NCBI GenBank assembly: GCA_032128115.1
Contig: JAQBHB010000031.1
Coordinates: forward strand, 32,001 to 96,000
Direction of reading: 5' to 3'
Source of the DNA: Deltaproteobacteria bacterium
GTDB taxonomy: Bacteria > Myxococcota_A > UBA9160 > SMWR01
Length of the DNA: 64,000 nucleotides
Position 1 is the first letter of the stretch. Each line of letters begins with the position of its first letter. A program made the translations under genes and the position numbers. Shown here piece by piece: positions 58,127 to 64,000 of this stretch. The notes beneath the pieces are model-generated. The model searched no databases. It worked only from the letters and a program-made list of their open reading frames with translations, and was not told the DNA's origin.

Positions 58127-59359
58127 TCACCCGACGGAAGCGTCGGGATCGGAGTCCGCCGCCACCCTGGTCAGGTGTTCGATCTGCCCGTCGTCGCGGC
58201 GGTGGAGCACATCGTTGTAGTCGTTGGCACCGCGGTGGTTGAAGGCGTCCGGCCGTTCCCAGGCAGTGACGGCGCTGATGCGATAGGCATCGAGATCGCT
58301 GCGCGTGGGCGGCGGCGCCACGTGCATGCTGTCGCCGTAGTGAAGCGAGACGTCACCCGGCCGAGCCGAGAACGAGGCCCCGCGCGGCGCCTTGGGGTCG
58401 TTGGCGTCCAGGTACCCGCAGCTGCTCTGCCAGGAGCCCGGCAGCATCTTGAGCTCACCCGTCTCGGGGTTGGCGGGCGTGAGGTACACCGACGCCAGCA
58501 ACACGGGGCACATGACCGAGTGTCCGCCCATCCCGCAGTCGCGGTGCCACGGAATGTCCGAGAGCCCTTCGGTCATCTGCGGGTTCTTGAAGATGACCGT
58601 GACCCCCTGCTCCGGCGTCTCCCGGCGGCGCTGCACGAGCTTCTCGTCGGCGAGCTCCACGAACTTCAAAAGACGCGGGTCGCCGGAAAGACTGCGCAAG
58701 GCGGGCTTCGCAGCCGCCCGGGTCACGCGACACAGGATCTCGTCACCGGCCGCGTTCTTGCCCCACCAGGAGAGTTTGTCGCCCTTCACGGCCTCGCTGC
58801 GCAACTCCGCGGCTTCGGCCAGGAGGCGCTTCACTTCGTCGTCGCGGAAGACGTCGCGCACGAACAGGTATCCTGCGGTGCGCAGGAAGTGCGCCATCTC
58901 CTCCGGATCCCCGACGAGCGAGAATGACTTCTCTACGTCCAAGGGGTTTCCGCGCTGGTCGCGCAGATCCACCCGGTCGACGTCGTAGATCGGAACGCCG
59001 CGGAAGATCGACCGCAGCCCCGGCTCCCAGGCCACGAACTTCATGGTCTGACCGCGCACGCACTTCAGTCGGCCCGCATACAGGAGCCCCGGCGCCGACT
59101 CGTAATCGTGAACCAGGCCCTCCCAGGCATCGTGCGCAAGCTCGATCACCGTGTCTGCGCGGTCATCCCCCGGTTCCACCCGGAGGTACTCGCCATCCAG
59201 GGCGTAGGTGTACGCATCCCCCCCTGGCAGACGGAACGCCAGGCTCCCGTGCGCGCGGGCGACACGGGCCACGGCCCCCTCCGCCCGGGCCAGGCGTTCG
59301 GGAAGCTCGTGAAGATGGAATTCGCGAAAATCCAGGCTCTGGAAGCCGGGAACTGCCAT
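58127..59359 (-). CDS. PhyH-family dioxygenase with N-terminal SCP2-like domain
   Basis: 'WHRDCG' HxD, 'PGSW', 'PGDVSLH...H'; N-terminal SCP2-like alpha/beta segment. GGAGG SD. Confidence 0.82.
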   Translation of the reverse strand: MAVPGFQSLDFREFHLHELPERLARAEGAVARVARAHGSLAFRLPGGDAYTYALDGEYLRVEPGDDRADTVIELAHDAWEGLVHDYESAPGLLYAGRLKCVRGQTMKFVAWEPGLRSIFRGVPIYDVDRVDLRDQRGNPLDVEKSFSLVGDPEEMAHFLRTAGYLFVRDVFRDDEVKRLLAEAAELRSEAVKGDKLSWWGKNAAGDEILCRVTRAAAKPALRSLSGDPRLLKFVELADEKLVQRRRETPEQGVTVIFKNPQMTEGLSDIPWHRDCGMGGHSVMCPVLLASVYLTPANPETGELKMLPGSWQSSCGYLDANDPKAPRGASFSARPGDVSLHYGDSMHVAPPPTRSDLDAYRISAVTAWERPDAFNHRGANDYNDVLHRRDDGQIEHLTRVAADSDPDASVG

Positions 59360-59486
59360 GGCGACCTCCGGTGGTTCCCAGCATACATCGATTCGGATCG
59401 TCCAGGCGGCGAGGCCACTGGGTTCGGATGCTCGGATTCTGCGCCTGCCCTATCGTGGGCGCACTCCGAATACAGGGTGTCGAATC

Positions 59487-60413
59487 ATGCTCCGAATCGC
59501 GCTGGCGCTGTTTCCCCTGGTTGTCGCTGGTGTTCTGGCCACACCGGCTGCCGCCGTCGAGGAAACCATCCGGATCGTCGGGTCCGGGTACACCGTGCTC
59601 CCGTTGGTGCGGAAGTGGATCGCAGCCTTCCGCGAGATCGAGCCGGACGTCCTGGTGGAGGCCCTGGGCGAGGGCAGTTCCATGGGGCCCGCCGCCCTGA
59701 TCTCGGGCCGCGCGCAGGTTGCGGCCATGTCCCGGCCCATGAGCAAGGGCGAGATCGCGGTCTTCGTGGATCGTCTGGGCCACGAGCCCCTTGGCGTTCC
59801 GGTGGGAGTGGACGCGATCGCGATCTACGTCAACACGGCGAACCCGCTGGACAAGATCACGCTGCCCCAGCTGGATGCCATCTATTCGGAGACTCGCCGG
59901 TGCGGAGCTCCGAAGGCGCTCAGGAAGTGGGGCGACCTGGGGATCGAGGGCGAGCTCGCGGAGATGCCGATCGGCCTGTACGGGCGCCGCGCCGAGTCGG
60001 GGACCGGGGGCTCCTTCCAGACGGCCGCGTTGTGCGGCGGCGTGCTGCAGGGCGGGATGATCGAAACGGAGGGCGGAGGCGCCGTGGCCGCGGTGATCTC
60101 GCAGGCGACGACTGGGATCGGCTTCGGCGGTCGCCCCACGGAAGATGTGGGTGCGCGGATCCTGGCGCTGGCGAGGACCGACCAGGGGCCGTTCCTGCTG
60201 CCGGAACCGGCGAACCTGCGCTCCGGCCAGTATCCGATGACGCGACAGCTCCTGCTCTACACCGACCAGCCACCCGGAAAGCCGCTTGCTCCGGGCGTGG
60301 CAGCCTTCCTGCGCTTCGCCCTCTCGCCCGCGGGTCAGACGATCGTCGAAAACGCCGGCTTCCTGGCAGCCACACCGGAGAGCCTGGCCGATAGCCTGAA
60401 GCGGATCCCGTAG
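59487..60413 (+). CDS. pstS: PstS-family periplasmic phosphate-binding protein (divergent, no pstCAB nearby)
   Basis: Signal peptide; 'GSS.G..AL', 'MSR.M', 'DAIAIYVN..NP', 'WGDLG', 'YGR...SGT', 'YPMTR.L', 'LS..GQ.IV'. Confidence 0.8.
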   Translation: MLRIALALFPLVVAGVLATPAAAVEETIRIVGSGYTVLPLVRKWIAAFREIEPDVLVEALGEGSSMGPAALISGRAQVAAMSRPMSKGEIAVFVDRLGHEPLGVPVGVDAIAIYVNTANPLDKITLPQLDAIYSETRRCGAPKALRKWGDLGIEGELAEMPIGLYGRRAESGTGGSFQTAALCGGVLQGGMIETEGGGAVAAVISQATTGIGFGGRPTEDVGARILALARTDQGPFLLPEPANLRSGQYPMTRQLLLYTDQPPGKPLAPGVAAFLRFALSPAGQTIVENAGFLAATPESLADSLKRIP

Positions 60414-60416
60414 CGC

Positions 60417-61295
60417 TCAGATCGAGTCGGACAATCCCCGCACGAACAGGGGCTCGATGCCCAGGCGGGCGACGTCGCGCTGCATCGCCGTGACCGACGG
60501 CGACTCTCCCCTGTCGCCCGCGGCCTTCAGGATCTCGGGCAGGAGGGTCGCATCGCTCGACGTGTTGAGGAACAGATCCGGAGTCTTCAACACGTAGGCT
60601 ACGGCGCGGTGGATGGCGTCGCGATCGCGAAGCGGTTCGTACCAGCTGAAGTGCGGGCTGGAATCGTCGGTCCAGCGTCTGCGCGCCACCGACTTGATGG
60701 TCTGCACGGCCGTCTTGCGCCGTCGACACAGGGCCAGAAGTTCCTCGAAGTCGGCCCGGTATTCCGGGTTCGACATCAGCGTGAAGTTGCAGGGCAGCAG
60801 AACCGAGTCGAAGTCGAACTTCTGGAGGCTGCGCAGGTGCATGGCGGCGACCCGGGTGCCGTGACCCGTCACGCCGATGAACCGGATCTCTCCCCTCTTG
60901 CGCGCAGCCACGGCCGCTTCCAGAGCGCCACCGGGCCCCAGCGCCGTTCGCCACTCGTCCTCATCGACCAGGTTGTGGAGTTGGAACAGGTCGATCTGCT
61001 CGACGCCCAGCCGTTGTAGGGAACTCTCGAGCCCCTGGCGCGCTCCCTCGGCGCTGCGCTCCCGGGTCTTGGTGGCGAGAAAGAACTCGTGGCGATGGCC
61101 CTGCATCCACGGCGCGATGCGAAGCTCCGAATCGCCGTAGCCGGCCGCCGTGTCGATGTGATTGATCCCGTGCTCGAGAAGCGTCTCCAGCACCCGGTCG
61201 GCCCGCTCCTGGCGCATGCTGCCCAGGGCGGCGGCGCCGAAGAGGGCCCGGCTGCTGTCGTGCCCCGTCCGTCCAAAAAGCATGCGTTCAATCAA
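60417..61295 (-). CDS. Aldo/keto reductase
   Basis: 'GINHIDTAAGYGDSE', 'FLATKT', 'SLQRL', 'IDLFQLH', 'RFIGVTGH'. Confidence 0.93.
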   Translation of the reverse strand: MIERMLFGRTGHDSSRALFGAAALGSMRQERADRVLETLLEHGINHIDTAAGYGDSELRIAPWMQGHRHEFFLATKTRERSAEGARQGLESSLQRLGVEQIDLFQLHNLVDEDEWRTALGPGGALEAAVAARKRGEIRFIGVTGHGTRVAAMHLRSLQKFDFDSVLLPCNFTLMSNPEYRADFEELLALCRRRKTAVQTIKSVARRRWTDDSSPHFSWYEPLRDRDAIHRAVAYVLKTPDLFLNTSSDATLLPEILKAAGDRGESPSVTAMQRDVARLGIEPLFVRGLSDSI

Positions 61296-62329
61296 GCCCG
61301 CCTCCCCTGCCCGCTGGGCGGCTGACTGCGGGGCCGCAGCGTGTCCAGAACCCCTGTCTCAGCCAGAATCGGCTCGATCCGCTCACGCACCTTCCCCTCC
61401 AGGAGCGCATAGCGTCGCTGAATCTCGTACAGGCACTTGACCTGGTACTTGAAGGTGCCCTGGGCATGGTCGAGGCCCCGGAGTCGCGTCGAGAAGCTGC
61501 CTGCTCCCGATTCGAAGGCTGCGGCGTTGGCCGCCAGGAAAGGCAGGTAGACCTCGCCGCACATTCGCAGCAAGTCGAGCACCCCGTCCAGGAGCGCTTC
61601 TTCCGGCGCACACCAATCGCCTTCCAGGCCGCACAGGTCATCCATCTGCACCACCCAGCGATCGGTGTAGGGCGCCGCCTCGCGCAGGATCGCCCGGGGC
61701 GTGGGATCCGAAGCGAGCTGGGAGAGCTGGCCGTAGAGTGCGAAGTCGGCCCGCGACGGACGGCTCCCGAACAGGAAGCGCTGGCGGGGAATCGTGGCCT
61801 CGAGGATCGAGAGCAGCTCGATGTAGGTTCCTTCGATGAGGGGCCGGTTCGCCTCGGTGCATCCCACCAGGGGCATGCGCGCCACCTGCCGCTCCCGAGT
61901 TCGGCTCGCCATCTTCTCCAGTGTCTCGAGTCCAGCGGATCCCAGGAAGTCGAAGGCGCCTTGTCGCGCGAAGGTCCGCTGGTCCACGTCGCGGAACCAG
62001 CGGTAGTGGAACATCATCTTCGTGACCCACTCGTCGGCGAAGTCCTCGAGCAGATAAGACAGGAACGACTGACCCGGATCATCGGGAACGATGGACCGCG
62101 AAGGATGCAGGGCCTCGAGTTCTTCGATCATGGGCGTGGAGTCGACCCGGAACGCGCCGTCCGGGAAGCGCAGGACCGGAATCACGGCGGGCCGCACGTT
62201 GTCGATGGGCTCGCTGCCGGGCATGGCGGGGATGAAGACGAAGGGAATCCGGCGATACCGGAGCACGGCCCTCATCTTCATGGAGTAGGGCGACCCCAAC
62301 ATGCCGTAGATGCGATAGGTCTCGGTCAC
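61292..62329 (-). CDS. Glutathione S-transferase-family protein
   Basis: 'GSPYSMKMRAVLRYRRIP', 'IPVL', 'DSTP.I', 'EDFADEW', 'FLFGSRPSRADFALYGQL'. Strong SD before GTG 62329. Confidence 0.9.
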   Translation of the reverse strand: MTETYRIYGMLGSPYSMKMRAVLRYRRIPFVFIPAMPGSEPIDNVRPAVIPVLRFPDGAFRVDSTPMIEELEALHPSRSIVPDDPGQSFLSYLLEDFADEWVTKMMFHYRWFRDVDQRTFARQGAFDFLGSAGLETLEKMASRTRERQVARMPLVGCTEANRPLIEGTYIELLSILEATIPRQRFLFGSRPSRADFALYGQLSQLASDPTPRAILREAAPYTDRWVVQMDDLCGLEGDWCAPEEALLDGVLDLLRMCGEVYLPFLAANAAAFESGAGSFSTRLRGLDHAQGTFKYQVKCLYEIQRRYALLEGKVRERIEPILAETGVLDTLRPRSQPPSGQGRRA

Positions 62330-62584
62330 CCTCCCCTCCGGCCGCTGTCCCCGGAGCATTCTAGACCAATCCGGCGGACACCCGACGACGGATCCCAGCC
62401 ACGGCCCGACACGCGGTAAGCCCGGCGGCTCGCGGGGCGCGTCGCCTGTGGTGGGCGGCAGGCGTCGCGCTGTACCGCTTCGATGAGTCTGGCAAAAGCT
62501 GGAAACGATACTCTCCGCGCCCGGGCCGGTTTGGTTATCCTGGGCTGGGAATCGGCGCATTTCCGCGCGGTTCGGGGACCCTTC

Positions 62585-62911
62585 GTGAAGCGAACAGAAC
62601 CCCAGACGGGCATCCGGGCAAAGCGTCGACGTCGGCACCGGCGGTTGGCGGCGGCCGGGATCCTGCTGGCATCGTGCCTGCTTTCCCCGCCCGGCGGCGC
62701 CCAGGAGGCCGAGCCCCCCCTTCCCGGCCCGGAGCCGCCCCGCGAAGACCAGCCCGTGCCCAGGCGGGAGCCGCCCCGCGAAAACCAGCCCGCGCCCACC
62801 CCGCCGGCCGAGACTTCCGAGCCCGGCGACGACGTGGTGCTTGACGAGGGATTCACCCCCAGTGAGCGCATCCCGGCGGGAAGCAGTGTTTCGTTCCCGG
62901 TAGACATCTGA
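62585..62911 (+). CDS. Small exported Pro-rich protein ending '...FTPSE.I...SVSFPVDI'
   Basis: Signal peptide, Pro/Glu linker, and a C-terminal FPVDI tail that I recall upstream of MotA/TolQ genes. Start uncertain. Confidence 0.7.
   Translation: MKRTEPQTGIRAKRRRRHRRLAAAGILLASCLLSPPGGAQEAEPPLPGPEPPREDQPVPRREPPRENQPAPTPPAETSEPGDDVVLDEGFTPSERIPAGSSVSFPVDI
62731..62798 (+). repeat. 36-bp-period imperfect direct repeat in the Pro-rich linker
   Basis: GGAGCCGCCCCGCGAAGACCAGCCCGTGCCCA and GGAGCCGCCCCGCGAAAACCAGCCCGCGCCCA (EPPREDQPVP / EPPRENQPAP). Confidence 0.85.
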
Positions 62912-62930
62912 GCCGGAGGCCTTCCGACCC

Positions 62931-63728
62931 ATGTCCAAACCGTTTCCCGTCGAGTTCGTCTTCCAGTCGTTCTCGCTGTTGATCGCCGTGCTGCTGGTGC
63001 ACGGAATCTACGTCTCGCTGATCCGGCCCAACGCCGACGCCATCCTGCGGGAGCAGGCGCTCGAGATGCAGGAAGACCAGTCGTACGTGCCGGAGCGCTC
63101 GATCTACGTGTTGGTTCGCGACTACGAGCAGGAAGCCTGCTTCATGTTGATGGTGTGGGCGATGGCGATCATGACCTTCAAGGGCGTGGCGGCGAGCCGC
63201 GAGAACCGGCTCCTGCAGATGGACCTGGTACCAGTCTCCGGGGGCACGAAGATCCTTCCCCAGGACACCCGCGAATTCTCGCGAACCATCGAGGCGCTTC
63301 CCGACAAGATCCGGGGCTACCTGCTGCCTCGGGCGCTTCTGACTTCCCTGCGGCGCTTCAATTCCACAGCCAGCATCCAGGACGTGTCCACCGCCGTGCA
63401 TACGGTCTGCGAGTCGGAATCCGAGCGGCTGGAATCGGAGCTCTCCATGGTCCGTTACATCGCGTGGGCCATCCCCTCCATCGGATTCATCGGAACCGTG
63501 CGAGGCATCGGAGAGGCGTTGGCCCAGGCGCACCGGGCCGTGGAGGGCGACATCACGGGTGTCACCCAGAGTCTTGGCGTGGCGTTCAACTCCACGTTCA
63601 TCGCCCTGATCCTCAGCATCTTCCTGATGTTCGCCCTGCACCAGCTTCAACTGACCCAGGAACGACTGGTCTTCGACGCCGAGAGCTACTGCGACGAGCG
63701 CCTGATCAGCCACCTGCGGGTGCACTGA
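62931..63728 (+). CDS. MotA/TolQ/ExbB proton-channel family protein
   Basis: 'WAIPSIGFIGTVRGI', 'SLGVAFNSTFIAL'; GGAGG SD. Confidence 0.92.
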   Translation: MSKPFPVEFVFQSFSLLIAVLLVHGIYVSLIRPNADAILREQALEMQEDQSYVPERSIYVLVRDYEQEACFMLMVWAMAIMTFKGVAASRENRLLQMDLVPVSGGTKILPQDTREFSRTIEALPDKIRGYLLPRALLTSLRRFNSTASIQDVSTAVHTVCESESERLESELSMVRYIAWAIPSIGFIGTVRGIGEALAQAHRAVEGDITGVTQSLGVAFNSTFIALILSIFLMFALHQLQLTQERLVFDAESYCDERLISHLRVH

Positions 63729-63741
63729 CCGGAGCCCGGGC

Positions 63742-64000
63742 GTGACGACGGTTGCGATCGAGTTGAACGATTCCGGCCTCACGATCGTCCGGGAGGGCAC
63801 GCTCCTGCCCGAGAGCCCGGGCTATGCCGTGCTGGAGGGAGACCAGCTGATGGTGGGGGCCGAGGCTCGGGGCGCCGCGCGCCTGAAGCCCCGATCCGTG
63901 CAGAACCGCTTCTGGGACCAGCTGAGCCAGGATCCGCTTCCGCGTCCCGGCACCCGCGCCCATACCCATGCCGACCTGGCGGCCGCCCACCTGGCTCACG
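63742..64000 (+). CDS. Hypothetical protein, possible actin/Hsp70-like fold (3' end outside window; not in ORF track)
   Basis: GTG after GGAG, frame open to the window end: MTTVAIELNDSGLTIVREGTLLPESPGYAVLEGDQLMVGAEARGAARLKPRSVQNRFWDQLS... Confidence 0.65.
   Translation, partial: MTTVAIELNDSGLTIVREGTLLPESPGYAVLEGDQLMVGAEARGAARLKPRSVQNRFWDQLSQDPLPRPGTRAHTHADLAAAHLAH

Noticed and set aside
62437..62470. GC-rich hairpin in the GST / FPVDI divergent intergenic region as an ncRNA or terminator
   Set aside because: No U-tract and no recognisable RNA family; such stems are common at this GC content.

Overview
A high-GC (roughly 68-70% by eye), gene-dense bacterial chromosomal segment with about 55 protein-coding genes. 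I found no rRNA, tRNA, CRISPR array, transposase, integrase or phage genes. Outer-membrane barrels, lipoproteins, a sigma54 activator, MMPL transporters, DUF3604 and several SGNH hydrolases suggest a diderm of Myxococcota/delta-proteobacterial type (inference only). In order: TetR-rhodanese-methyltransferase followed by a sulfatase relic; a porin plus small binding protein divergent from a HAMP kinase/sigma54 regulator pair; a selenocysteine glutathione peroxidase missed by the ORF track (in-frame TGA plus an fdhF-like SECIS hairpin); an envelope/lipid-modification region (4 SGNH, GT-C-like, HTTM, ceramidase, desaturase, PQQ dehydrogenase, sulfatase); glutamate dehydrogenase; a 7-gene RDD/SpoIIM/DUF4129/DUF4350/MoxR/DUF58 operon; a LolA-like gene with two MMPLs, one an MMPL-cNMP-TerB-like fusion; BVMO, typA, a kinase/AAA protein and TauD; two tandem paralogous unknown membrane proteins behind a sigma28-like promoter; DUF3604, FHA, NMO, PhyH, a divergent pstS, AKR and GST; and the start of a 'FPVDI protein'-MotA/TolQ-actin-like operon. 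Family assignments come from motif recognition by eye, not database searches, and start codons were refined manually.
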